Positions 36,313 to 45,924 of a stretch of 64,000 bases of DNA are shown piece after piece (positions within the stretch are counted from its first letter, which is position 1; each line of letters starts with the position of its first letter). The DNA comes from an uncultured delta proteobacterium (GTDB taxonomy: Bacteria > Desulfobacterota > Desulfobacteria > Desulfobacterales > JAHEIW01), in contig CAVPNL010000001.1 in NCBI GenBank assembly GCA_963706575.1, positions 224,001 through 288,000 of the forward strand, written 5' to 3'. The position numbers and the translations under genes are program-made. The notes under the pieces are model-generated. The model was not told where the DNA came from. It ran no database searches and worked only from the letters and a program-made list of their open reading frames with translations.

Positions 36313-37317
36313 GTGGCAACGATGCTGCTCCCTAAATTTGAACACCTTTGCCCGACATCCATAGAAGAGGCGGCACAATTACTTGGCAGACACGGTGCCA
36401 ATGCCCGTCTGTCTGCGGGCGGCACCGACCTTTTTCCTCGCATGAAACAGGGCCTGACGCACCCCGAAATAGTTATCAGTCTCAAAGGCTTGAATACAGA
36501 ATCCCCGCGGATAAGCCGTAAAGGTGATCTGCATATCAATGCCCTGCTGCCGCTGGCAGACATTGCCCGTTCGTCTGGGGTGATTGAAAAAGCGCCTCTG
36601 CTGACAGAGGCAATCGCTTCGGTGGCGTCCAATCAGATACGGCATATGGGCACCCTGGGGGGAAATATCTGTCTGGAAAATCGTTGCACTTATTATAATC
36701 AGTCCCATTCATTTCAATTTGTTGAACCCTGTTTCAAGCGCGGCGGTGACCGCTGCTATCTACTCCCCAAGGGTAAAAGGTGCCTCGCGGTCTTTACGGC
36801 CGATACAGTGCCGGCGCTTATTTGCCTGGATGCCAAGGTGGAGATCGTTTCAGCGGACGGCAGTCGGCAGCTCTCTGTTGAGAAGCTTTACACAGGAGAT
36901 GCTTTAGAACCGCTATCCCTTTCTCAGGATGAAATTATTAGAGAAGTCATTATTGCGAATAGGGAAACGGTGCGCGGTAGCGCTTTTACCAAGTTCAGCC
37001 TGCGCGGCGGCGTGGAGTTCGCCGGCCTTACGGTTGCCGTTTGCCTGGAGATGGCAAACAGTCCAAGTACCTGTGTCGCTGCACACGTCGCAGTCGGCGC
37101 AGTTGCAAGCGGGCCCGTTCGGGCTATTAAAGCTGAAAAGGCCCTGGCTGGCGAAACGCTTTCCGATAAACTTTTCCGGAAAATAGCTGAAATGGTTGCC
37201 GCTGAGATACGCCCGGTAATGCATCACGGATACTCGGCTCCGTTTCTCAAGGAATGCTTGAGAATTCAGACCTATCGAACGCTTGGAATTGCGGCTAAAC
37301 GTGCAGGAAACCATTGA
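36313..37317 (+). CDS. 4-hydroxybenzoyl-CoA-reductase-like beta (FAD/[4Fe-4S]) subunit, copy 1
   Basis: LPKFE, AGGTDLFPRMK, GTLGGNICLENRCTYYNQS..CFKRGGDRC..KRC. Confidence 0.9.
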   Translation: MATMLLPKFEHLCPTSIEEAAQLLGRHGANARLSAGGTDLFPRMKQGLTHPEIVISLKGLNTESPRISRKGDLHINALLPLADIARSSGVIEKAPLLTEAIASVASNQIRHMGTLGGNICLENRCTYYNQSHSFQFVEPCFKRGGDRCYLLPKGKRCLAVFTADTVPALICLDAKVEIVSADGSRQLSVEKLYTGDALEPLSLSQDEIIREVIIANRETVRGSAFTKFSLRGGVEFAGLTVAVCLEMANSPSTCVAAHVAVGAVASGPVRAIKAEKALAGETLSDKLFRKIAEMVAAEIRPVMHHGYSAPFLKECLRIQTYRTLGIAAKRAGNH

Positions 37318-37409
37318 GGAAATTAAGCCGCATAAAATTATCACCGCAGAGGCGAAAACTATAATCGAGACGAATAGAAAAATAGAAATAAGCTCTCAGG
37401 AGATTAGGG

Positions 37410-37898
37410 GTGAAACGACTGATTGAACTCAGCATTAATGGTGAAACCTGCGAACTGGCCGTGGAGCCCAACACTACACTGGCCGAAGTTATTAGAGATC
37501 AGGTGGGTTTGACCGGCACAAAGGTGGCCTGCGGAACCGGCGAGTGCGGCACCTGTACGGTTCTGATAGACGGCCGACCGATATTATCCTGTCTGACACT
37601 GGCAGTCGATTGCCAGCAGCAACCCATTTTGACCATCGAGGGGTTGTCGGAAGGTGAAACGCTTACACCCGTCCAGCAGGCCTTTCATGACTGCGGAGCG
37701 ATTCAGTGCGGTTTCTGTACGCCGGGCATGGTTTTATCCACAACCGCTTTGCTGAAAGCCAATCCCCATCCGTCGACGCCGCAGATTCAAAAAGCCCTCG
37801 AGGGTCATCTGTGCCGCTGTACGGGCTATAATAAGATTCTTGAAGCCGTTCAGCAAGCCGCAGTGGCGGTTGCACCCAAGACGAAGCAAAAAGCATAA
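37410..37898 (+). CDS. 2x[2Fe-2S] gamma subunit, copy 1
   Basis: CGTGECGTCTVL, QCGFCTPG, LCRCTGY. Confidence 0.95.
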   Translation: MKRLIELSINGETCELAVEPNTTLAEVIRDQVGLTGTKVACGTGECGTCTVLIDGRPILSCLTLAVDCQQQPILTIEGLSEGETLTPVQQAFHDCGAIQCGFCTPGMVLSTTALLKANPHPSTPQIQKALEGHLCRCTGYNKILEAVQQAAVAVAPKTKQKA

Positions 37899-37936
37899 AT
37901 CGTGATTCACCAAAACCTGTCCTCTAAAGGGTTTCG

Positions 37937-40294
37937 ATGTCGCTAAACGGAAAAAATGCGGATACGTTGTCCTATGTCGGGCAGCGGATTCCGCGCAAGG
38001 ACGGGCCGGAAAAAGTGACCGGTCGAGCGAAGTATACCGGGGACATCCAATTGTCCGGTATGCTGATCGGTCGTATTTTGCGCAGCCCCCATCCCCATGC
38101 CCGGATTCTCAATATTGATACCTCGCGTGCCGAGCAATTAACCGGGGTTAAAGCGGTGATTACGGCGCGGGATACTGCCGGCATAAAACACGGGTTTGTG
38201 GAAACCCCGCGATACCCGCCGGATCAGCATCCTCTGGCACCGGATCGGGTGCGCTTTGTGGGTGAAGAGGTCGCGGCGGTAGCCGCCAATGATCCCTATA
38301 TCGCTGAAGAGGCTTTGAGCCTCATCCGGGTAGATTATGAGCCCCTGCCCGCCGTTTTTGATCCCGAAGCGGCCATGCAGCCCGGGGCGCCTGAAATTCA
38401 TGCCACCCATCCAAAAGTAAAGGAGCCCCTGGTTAATATCGCCGGAAAAACGGAAACCGGATGGGGCGACGTGGAATCTGCTTTTGTTAAAGCAGACTAT
38501 GTGCGCGAGGATCGTTTTGAAAGCCATTTAAGAACCCACGGATATTTAGAGCCCCAGGTAACCGTGGCCAGTTATACGCCGGGAGGCAAACTCAATGTGT
38601 GGACGTCCTCCATGGGTCCATTTCTTAAACGCGCTAAACTGGCCCGGACTTTGGGTTTACCTTTTTCCGCGGTGCGCGTACAGAAGGCCTGGGTGGGCGG
38701 CGCTTTTGGCGGGAAGATCGATCTTTTTTCTCATGAATTTTGCGCTGCCCTGCTTTCCATCAAAACGGGGCGACCGGTGAAAGTAGAAGCATCACGCGAG
38801 GAGATCTTTGCAGCCTATCGTCACGGCCAACCGCTTATTGTCGAGGTGAAAACAGGCGTTAAAAAAGACGGAACCCTTATGGCCCAGGAGCTTCGTATCA
38901 TCAATAACTGCGGCGCATATCGCGGGAGCGGTGTGGTCGTCATTTTTTTGTCCTGGGGCTTTACCATGGTCCCTTACAGGCTCCCCAATCTGAAATACCA
39001 GGGGTACGCAGTCTATACCAATAATCCCGTCCGGGCGCCGCAACGCGGCCATGGCGCGCCCCAACTTCGCTTTGCGGTGGAATCCCAGATGGATATGATA
39101 GCCGAGGAACTGGGAATCGACCCCGTTGAAATTCGACTGAAAAACGCCCGGGTATCAGGCGAGCAGCTCCCCAATGGTGATAATGTGCATAATTGCGGTC
39201 TGATCGATTGTATCCAAAAAGCAGCCGAACACACCCGATTCAAACAGACGTATGGCGTGAAGCCCAAACGCAATAGAGATACGAATCATATCCGCAGCGG
39301 AATCGGTATGGGCGTAAGCGCCTATTTCGGCGGATCGCTCATTTATCCGAACAGCTCTTCGGTTACCGTTAAAATGAATGATGACGGCACCGCTACATTG
39401 TTGACGGGAGCACTGGATCTGGGACAGGGGGCTGAGACCGTTCTGAGTCAGATCGTTGCTGAGGAGCTTAAGATACCCGTGGAGGAGATCCAGGTCATTG
39501 CAGCCGATACGGATACAACACCGGTTGACATTGGATCCTGGATCAGCGGAAATACCTATGTAACGGGGAATGCCACCCGCATGGCTGCCACCGAGGTGCG
39601 CAAAAAACTGCTGAATATCGCTGCTGAGAAGATGGAAATCGCTCAAGACGACCTGGTAATTGCAGATAAAGCCGTACAAGTGATCGGTTCTCCGGAACGC
39701 AAGCTGTCCTACCGGGAGTTGATTGCCTTAAGTGTGCAAAAGCACAGAGGTGATCCTGTTAGAGGGGAGGGCCATTGGCGCACGATGCGCGACGAACCGT
39801 TTCATCCCAGCCTGGCGACAACCAAAGGGCGTTGGAGTGAAAATTATGCCGTTGATGCCCAGGTGGCGGAGGTGGAAGTAGACACGCAAACCGGAATCGT
39901 ACGCCTTGTTAGGGCGGTAACCGCCCATGACTGCGGTTTTCCGATTAATCCGCTGCTGGTGGAAGGGCAGGTCGACGGACAGGTATCCATGGCGCTGGGC
40001 CACGCCTTCATGGAAGAAGTATTGATGGAAGATGGCCAGACGTTAAACCCCAACTGGCTGGAATACCGAATGCCGACCATCCACGAGCTTGCCGTCTCAG
40101 AACATATCGATGTGATCACGGAACACTATAAAACCGATGCACCTTACCGCACCAAGGAAGTGGGTGAGGGACTGGTTTCCGCCATTCTGGCAGCCATAGC
40201 CAATGCCATTTACGACGCGGTGGGCGTCAGACTGCATTCAACACCGTTTACCCCGGAAAAAATTTTGCGGGGGCTAGGAAAACTAAAAAAGTGA
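37937..40294 (+). CDS. 4-hydroxybenzoyl-CoA-reductase-like alpha (molybdopterin) subunit, copy 1
   Basis: LRSPHPHARI, GGAFGGK, QRGHG, DLGQG, AHDCG.PINP, KEVGEG. Confidence 0.9.
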   Translation: MSLNGKNADTLSYVGQRIPRKDGPEKVTGRAKYTGDIQLSGMLIGRILRSPHPHARILNIDTSRAEQLTGVKAVITARDTAGIKHGFVETPRYPPDQHPLAPDRVRFVGEEVAAVAANDPYIAEEALSLIRVDYEPLPAVFDPEAAMQPGAPEIHATHPKVKEPLVNIAGKTETGWGDVESAFVKADYVREDRFESHLRTHGYLEPQVTVASYTPGGKLNVWTSSMGPFLKRAKLARTLGLPFSAVRVQKAWVGGAFGGKIDLFSHEFCAALLSIKTGRPVKVEASREEIFAAYRHGQPLIVEVKTGVKKDGTLMAQELRIINNCGAYRGSGVVVIFLSWGFTMVPYRLPNLKYQGYAVYTNNPVRAPQRGHGAPQLRFAVESQMDMIAEELGIDPVEIRLKNARVSGEQLPNGDNVHNCGLIDCIQKAAEHTRFKQTYGVKPKRNRDTNHIRSGIGMGVSAYFGGSLIYPNSSSVTVKMNDDGTATLLTGALDLGQGAETVLSQIVAEELKIPVEEIQVIAADTDTTPVDIGSWISGNTYVTGNATRMAATEVRKKLLNIAAEKMEIAQDDLVIADKAVQVIGSPERKLSYRELIALSVQKHRGDPVRGEGHWRTMRDEPFHPSLATTKGRWSENYAVDAQVAEVEVDTQTGIVRLVRAVTAHDCGFPINPLLVEGQVDGQVSMALGHAFMEEVLMEDGQTLNPNWLEYRMPTIHELAVSEHIDVITEHYKTDAPYRTKEVGEGLVSAILAAIANAIYDAVGVRLHSTPFTPEKILRGLGKLKK

Positions 40295-40420
40295 CTAAAG
40301 TGAACTAAAGTTGGGAGTGACTAAAGTTAATGTGTCGCTCCGCTCCATCTTTATTTATACAAATGACAGAATTCCTTAACTTTAGTCACTTTAGATCACT
40401 TTAGGCATTTTAGGCACTTT
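40288..40420. repeat. Inverted arrays of 9-10 nt AAAGTG(A/C)CT units
   Basis: Left arm 40288-40330, right arm 40376-40420; perfect 15-bp core AGTGACTAAAGTTAA / TTAACTTTAGTCACT. Confidence 0.85.
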
Positions 40421-40461
40421 GCGTACGATACGCACTTGAGTTAGAGAAGAGGATTCATCAT

Positions 40462-41778
40462 ATGGAACCGGTGACATATTGGGACAAGGAAAAGGAGACC
40501 CTTCCGAGGGAAAAACTGGAAGAGCTGCAGCTGCAACGGTTCAGGCAGCGGATGCAGTATGTCTATGACCGCAGCCCCATGTACCGGCGCAAATACGATG
40601 AGGCCGGTGTAAAGCCTGAAGATATCCGGTCGCTCGCTGACATTCAGAATCTGCCCTTTACCGTCAAAGAGGAGTTGCGGGAAAGCCAGGCCCAGCATCC
40701 ACCCTGGGGAGATTTTCTCTGCATTCCGCCTGAGGAGGGTGTCAGGGTGTTCCAGACCACCGGGACCACCGGTATCCCCGTAAAGGCCATGATGAATAAG
40801 ACGGATTGGACCACTCATTTTTACGATCAATTTATGCACTTCATGTACGGTTACGGTATCAAGACTTCCGATATTCTTTTCGTCCCCTTTGGCTACGGTC
40901 TTTACATCGCCTGGTGGGGATTTCAGGCCGCTCTGGAACAGGCGGGTGTAATGATCGTTCCCGGCGGTGCGCAGTCCTCCAAGGACCGCGTAAAAAACAT
41001 ATTCGATTGGAATGCCACCGTGGTCTGCGGCACGCCCACCTATCTGCTTTCGCTGGGCGACACCGCTAAATCTATAGGTATGCCGCTGCGGGATTCCGCC
41101 ATCCGGATTGCAGTAACCGCCGGTGAGCCGGGGGCCAACGTGCCGGCCACCAAAGCGGCGATCGAAAAATTGTGGGGCGCCAAATGTTATGATGACATCG
41201 GCTCCACTGAAATTACCAATTTTGGCTTTGAATGTGTGGCCCAGCAGGGGACGCATGTAATTGAGACCATGTTTTATGCGGAATGCCTGGATCCCGAGAC
41301 GCTGAAACCCGTCGCGGACGGTGAGATCGGTGAGCTGGTCCTTTCAAATTTATGCACCGAAAGTATGCCGCTGCTGCGGTTTCGTATCCGGGATCTGGTC
41401 CGGTTTAACAAAGAGACCTGTGAATGCGGCCGTACTTTTTTGCGGCTCGATGGGGGTGTTTTGGGCCGATCCGATGATATGTTTCAGTTTGCCGGTGTCA
41501 ATATTTTCCCATCGGCCATCGAGAACCTGATCCGGGAAGTGCCGGAATTTTCCAACGAGTATCAGATCGTCGTACCCGAGATGGGAAGCGGCAAGCATAT
41601 TAGAATTCGGGTTGAACCGGAGACGGCCGAGGTTTCCAAAGAACGCATGGCCCAGGCGGTAGAAAAATTCATCGAAACCGTCAAGTACCGCATCACCATT
41701 ACGCCGGATGTCGAAATTGCCGAACTCGGGAAACTGCCGCGCTTTGAATTAAAGGCCAAACGTCTGATTCGTGAATGA
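40462..41778 (+). CDS. Phenylacetate-CoA-ligase (PaaK) family aryl-CoA ligase
   Basis: LPFTVKEEL, TTGTTG.P, GYGL, TPTY, AGEPG, GSTE, PLLRFRIRD, GRSDDM..GVNIFP. Confidence 0.95.
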   Translation: MEPVTYWDKEKETLPREKLEELQLQRFRQRMQYVYDRSPMYRRKYDEAGVKPEDIRSLADIQNLPFTVKEELRESQAQHPPWGDFLCIPPEEGVRVFQTTGTTGIPVKAMMNKTDWTTHFYDQFMHFMYGYGIKTSDILFVPFGYGLYIAWWGFQAALEQAGVMIVPGGAQSSKDRVKNIFDWNATVVCGTPTYLLSLGDTAKSIGMPLRDSAIRIAVTAGEPGANVPATKAAIEKLWGAKCYDDIGSTEITNFGFECVAQQGTHVIETMFYAECLDPETLKPVADGEIGELVLSNLCTESMPLLRFRIRDLVRFNKETCECGRTFLRLDGGVLGRSDDMFQFAGVNIFPSAIENLIREVPEFSNEYQIVVPEMGSGKHIRIRVEPETAEVSKERMAQAVEKFIETVKYRITITPDVEIAELGKLPRFELKAKRLIRE

Positions 41779-41837
41779 TTCCATTTCGACGGTGTTCTTC
41801 TTGACACCCATGAGGGTGGGGTGTTACTGGTCTAGGC

Positions 41838-41864
41838 TGTGAAATTAAATTTCATGATGTGAAA
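41838..41864. promoter_or_regulatory. Putative IclR operator upstream of the ABC transporter
   Basis: TGTGAAA-N5-TTTCATGATGTGAAA; same layout as 54141-54167. Confidence 0.65.
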
Positions 41865-41956
41865 CTATTTTTGATTTGGAGGGGACAACTCGAAATTGAT
41901 TCGAATGGGGTGAATTTAGGGTGATTCTAATAAATCATAGCAAAGGAGGGTTTAGC

Positions 41957-43141
41957 ATGAACAAAAAACTGATCGGGTTTTGTCTTGTTTTTCTGATGGC
42001 CGTGGCGATTGTCGGGCCTGATCTGATCCGGGCGGAGGAGCCCAAGGAGATCAAAATCGGTGCAACCATTGCTCTCTCGGGAAGGTTTAAAGGAATCGTC
42101 GGCACATTCGATAAATTAGGAGATGAGTGGGCCGGTATGGTGAATGAAAAAGGCGGCATCTACGTCAAAGAATACGGCAAGAAGCTGCCCATAAAATTTG
42201 AGATCTATGATGATGCCAGCAAACCGGAAAATGCCCGCAAATTTTATGAAAAGATGGCCACCGACCCCAGTATCGCCTTTTTCATGGGGCCTTTTTCCAG
42301 TTTCATTTCCAACGCGGCCATTACCGTAGCGGGCAAGCACCAGATTCCCATGCAGATGGTCTGTGCCAACGACGCCGTCCTGTTTGAAAAACCGAATTAC
42401 TGGCGCGTCGGTTCACTGGTGCCGGCGGAGGACGAGTGGGAAAGATTTGCACCCCTCTATAAGAAAAAGGGCGGGGTCAAGACCTTTGCCACTCTGACCA
42501 TGGACAACCTGCACAACAAGGGTGCCATCAAGGGGTTTGAGGCTGATTTGAAAAACAACGGATTTGAGGTGGTCTATTCCGAGATTGCGCCGCCTCCCAC
42601 TAAAAACTTCGTCCCGATGATTACCAAGCTGAGAAAAGCCAATCCGGATGTGGTCTGCATCGAGGCGCTCAGCACGGCTTTTACCATCGGCTTTCTGAAA
42701 CAAATGCGCGAGGCCGGATTTAAGCCCAAAGAGATCATCGTCGGGCATATTACCAAACATGTCATTGACGCTCTGGGGCCTTACGCCGAGAACCTTACCG
42801 GCCTGGCCTATTATTATGAGGGCGACACCCAGGATCACCAAGATTTTCTGGAGCTCGTTCGCCGGGCCGGGTTTACCTGGGGCGAATTTATGGAATCGGG
42901 CATCCGTTACTGGTCCTACACGCGAATCAAACAGACCATCGAAACGGCGGGAACCCTGGATCGTAAAAAGATTATGGAGACCATGTGGAACATGAAGTCG
43001 AAAATCCTGGGGCTGGACAACTATGTTACCAAGGAAGGATACGGCGCCTTGGGGGCCTGGCCCTGCCAGGTCCATGGGGGGGAATTCGTCTCCATCTGGC
43101 CTATGGATAGAGCGTTGAAGCTTCATAAATTCAGGCAATAA
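41957..43141 (+). CDS. HAAT/Liv-type ABC substrate-binding protein
   Basis: Signal peptide, IKIGATIALSG, VNEKGGI, YDDAS.P, GPFSS; AAGGAGG RBS. Confidence 0.9.
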   Translation: MNKKLIGFCLVFLMAVAIVGPDLIRAEEPKEIKIGATIALSGRFKGIVGTFDKLGDEWAGMVNEKGGIYVKEYGKKLPIKFEIYDDASKPENARKFYEKMATDPSIAFFMGPFSSFISNAAITVAGKHQIPMQMVCANDAVLFEKPNYWRVGSLVPAEDEWERFAPLYKKKGGVKTFATLTMDNLHNKGAIKGFEADLKNNGFEVVYSEIAPPPTKNFVPMITKLRKANPDVVCIEALSTAFTIGFLKQMREAGFKPKEIIVGHITKHVIDALGPYAENLTGLAYYYEGDTQDHQDFLELVRRAGFTWGEFMESGIRYWSYTRIKQTIETAGTLDRKKIMETMWNMKSKILGLDNYVTKEGYGALGAWPCQVHGGEFVSIWPMDRALKLHKFRQ

Positions 43142-43175
43142 TAATCTTTACGATAAACCCAAAAGCTGAAATTCC

Positions 43176-44036
43176 ATGGAAATAGCGATTCAACTGGTTA
43201 TTGCCGGAATTCTTCAGGGAGGGGTCTATGCCCTGGCGGCCTTTGGCCTCTCCCTGATTTTCGGCGTGAGCGACGTATTGAATCTGGCCCACGGCGAATT
43301 TTTAATGCTGGGGGGATTGTTTACCTTTTTGCTCTTCTCCGCCACAGGGCTAAATCCCTTCCTCATCGGCCTGATGATGGTGCCCTTCGCCTTTTGTCTG
43401 GGCTATATTTTTGACCGTTTCCTGATGCGGCCCCTGGCCAACAAAAAAGAACACATTCGACTGATGTCCTCCATTCTGGTGACCCTGGGGGCCGCGTTAT
43501 TTATCGAAGACGTCACCTCTTTCCTGGCCGGCGCCGAGGAAAAGGGTGTGGATTATACCCTGCCGTCCTTTTTTTGGGGGGATATTTACATCTCCTATCT
43601 CCGGTTGCTGGCCATGGTGATGATTGCCGCACTGACGGTGGGGATCCACTATTACCTGAAGAAAACCTATACCGGGCGTGCCTTACGGGCGACCACCCAA
43701 AATATCCGCGGCGCCATGCTGGTCGGTGTGGATACCTACCGGATTCGGTCGGTTACCTTTGGCATCGGTTCCGTGCTGGCCAGCATTGCCGGCGTTTTTT
43801 ATGTCGTGCTTCTGTCCATTGCGCCGGACATGGGCTTGGGCGTAACCATTAAATACCTTTGCATCATTGTGCTGGGGGGGTTGGGAAGTTTGATCGGTTC
43901 CCTGGTGGGCGGCCTTATTCTGGGTCTGACGGAATCCGTTGTGAGTTATTATACTCCCCACTGGGGCCAAACGGCGGCTTTTCTGATTCTGGTCCTGATT
44001 TTATTGATTCGGCCAAAGGGGCTTTTTGGAAAATAA
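43176..44036 (+). CDS. livH: Liv-type ABC permease
   Basis: YALAAFGLSLIFG..NLAHGEF, GRALRA, VLGGLGS, RPKGLFG. Confidence 0.9.
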   Translation: MEIAIQLVIAGILQGGVYALAAFGLSLIFGVSDVLNLAHGEFLMLGGLFTFLLFSATGLNPFLIGLMMVPFAFCLGYIFDRFLMRPLANKKEHIRLMSSILVTLGAALFIEDVTSFLAGAEEKGVDYTLPSFFWGDIYISYLRLLAMVMIAALTVGIHYYLKKTYTGRALRATTQNIRGAMLVGVDTYRIRSVTFGIGSVLASIAGVFYVVLLSIAPDMGLGVTIKYLCIIVLGGLGSLIGSLVGGLILGLTESVVSYYTPHWGQTAAFLILVLILLIRPKGLFGK

Positions 44037-44083
44037 AGCCGCAACCGATACCTTGTGAAGTGTGAGTGTTTTGGGAGATCCGT

Positions 44084-45007
44084 ATGAATCGTATCATTCC
44101 GGGGCTTGTGCTGGTGTTTTTTCTCATATTTCCAGTTTTCAATATGCCCTATTTGAATACCTTTCTCATCATCCTGTTCATGTATGTTCTGCTGGCCGAG
44201 AGCTATGACCTGCTGGGCGGTTATACCGGCTACATCAATATGGGTCATATCGCTTTTTTCGGTATCGGCGCTTACACCTTCGGTATACTCTGGAATAAGG
44301 GCCTTCCCCTTTATCTTTCTTTTCTGGCAGGTACCCTGGCAGCCGTCATCTTTGCCATTCTCATCAGTTTCCCTTTTTTCAGGTTGCGCGGCGCCTACTT
44401 TTCGCTGGCTGCTTTTGCCCTGGTCAAACTCATGGAACATCTGACGTTGAACCTGTCATCGATCACCCATGGCTCTGACGGTTTGAAGGTGCTTGAAGGC
44501 AACCGCATGATTCCGATGTATTACCTTTCATTGCTGATGGTGATTGCTGTAATCGCGGTCAGCTATTTTATCACACGCTCCCGGCTGGGTCTGGCCATGG
44601 CCTCCGTGCGGGAGGAGGAAGCGATCGCTTTTGATTTCGGTGTGCCGGTTCAGCGCATCAAAACCACGGCCATGGTCATATCGGCCTCATTTGCCGGACT
44701 TATGGGCGGTTTTTACACCTGGTATACGATCTTTATCAACCCTTCCATGGTTTTTGGCACTGATATCGCTCTGATGCCGGTGGCCATGGCGATGTTAGGG
44801 GGGTCCGGCGTCATTATCGGGCCGGTGATAGGGGCTGTTTTTCTTTTAATCGTAGAGGAAACCCTCTGGACGCGCTTTGCCTACCTGCATACGGCGGCTT
44901 ACGGCCTTGTCATTCTTTGTGTGGGCCTCTTTATGCCGGGAGGGCTCGTTCGGCTGGGGCCGATACGTCGATTTCTGATTAGAATCGGTTTATTCAACGA
45001 ACTTTAG
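44084..45007 (+). CDS. livM: Liv-type ABC permease
   Basis: GYTGYINMGHIAFFGIGAY, RLRGAYF, GPVIGA, FMPGG. Confidence 0.9.
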   Translation: MNRIIPGLVLVFFLIFPVFNMPYLNTFLIILFMYVLLAESYDLLGGYTGYINMGHIAFFGIGAYTFGILWNKGLPLYLSFLAGTLAAVIFAILISFPFFRLRGAYFSLAAFALVKLMEHLTLNLSSITHGSDGLKVLEGNRMIPMYYLSLLMVIAVIAVSYFITRSRLGLAMASVREEEAIAFDFGVPVQRIKTTAMVISASFAGLMGGFYTWYTIFINPSMVFGTDIALMPVAMAMLGGSGVIIGPVIGAVFLLIVEETLWTRFAYLHTAAYGLVILCVGLFMPGGLVRLGPIRRFLIRIGLFNEL

Positions 45008-45028
45008 GCACTCTAAGTAAGTAATTTT

Positions 45029-45131
45029 TTACCACAGAGAACACAGAGACCGCAGAGTTTTGTTTTTGGGATATTTTTTAAATACATAATTTTATAGTTC
45101 ATCTCTGTGTACTCTGTGAGCTCTGTGGTAA
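45029..45131. repeat. Inverted arrays of 9-nt CACAGAG units inside the ABC operon
   Basis: Three units at 45031-45057, three complementary CTCTGTG units at 45103-45129, AT-rich spacer. Confidence 0.85.
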
Positions 45132-45155
45132 GTTAAAATCAAAAGGATATTAAAG

Positions 45156-45899
45156 ATGTTGGTGGTGGAAGAGCTGGGCAAGACCTTTGGCGGACTCACG
45201 GCCTTGTTCGGCATCGATTTTGAGGTTGAAAAAGACAGCATTACCGGGATTATCGGGCCCAATGGAGCCGGCAAAACCACGATGTTTAACCTGATCAGCG
45301 GCACCTTTCTGCCCACTTCCGGCAACATCCGGTTTAAAGGCCAGGATATTACCAAAATGAGGTCTGATAAAGTCTGCCGCCTGGGCATATCGCGTACCTA
45401 TCAAAACGCAAAACCTTTTGAGGCCCTTTCAGTCCTGCAAAACGTTCTCATTGGTATCTTTTACGGAAGAAAGGACAAGTCGGACATCAAAACGGCAAAA
45501 TCCGAGGCCATGGACATCCTTCGATTTCTTGATCTGGAAAGCGATGCGGAAGCCCTGGCCGACCAATTGTCCCCTTTAAACAAAAAGCGCCTTGAACTGG
45601 CCCGGGCCCTGGGCACCCAACCCGAGCTGTTGCTGCTGGATGAAATCGCTGCCGGGCTGATACCGGCCGAGACCCTTCAAATGATGGAAACCATTCAACA
45701 GATCCGCTCCCGGGGCATTACGATCTTGATGATCGAACACATTATGAAGGCGGTCATGGATCTTTCCGATCAGGTAATCGTGCTCAACTATGGCGTTAAA
45801 ATCGCGGAAGGCAAGCCGCAGGAGGTCTCCTCCGATCCCAAGGTAATCGAAGCTTACCTTGGCGAAAAAGAAGAGGCGCAGAAGGAAGAAGGTCAATAA
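45156..45899 (+). CDS. livG: Liv-type ABC ATPase
   Basis: GPNGAGKTT, LLLLDE, IEH, DPKVIEAYLG. Confidence 0.95.
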   Translation: MLVVEELGKTFGGLTALFGIDFEVEKDSITGIIGPNGAGKTTMFNLISGTFLPTSGNIRFKGQDITKMRSDKVCRLGISRTYQNAKPFEALSVLQNVLIGIFYGRKDKSDIKTAKSEAMDILRFLDLESDAEALADQLSPLNKKRLELARALGTQPELLLLDEIAAGLIPAETLQMMETIQQIRSRGITILMIEHIMKAVMDLSDQVIVLNYGVKIAEGKPQEVSSDPKVIEAYLGEKEEAQKEEGQ

Positions 45900-45924
45900 A
45901 GGCCAAGAATACGGGGTCATTATC

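Noticed and set aside
40288..40420. CRISPR array (also considered for the other short repeat arrays)
   Set aside because: Units are 7-10 nt, degenerate and inverted, with no unique spacers and no cas genes.
40441..43138. Long antisense ORFs 40441-41256 and 42413-43138, and similar ones such as 6987-7637 and 8694-9389
   Set aside because: They lie opposite well-supported genes and have no recognisable motifs; treated as shadow ORFs.
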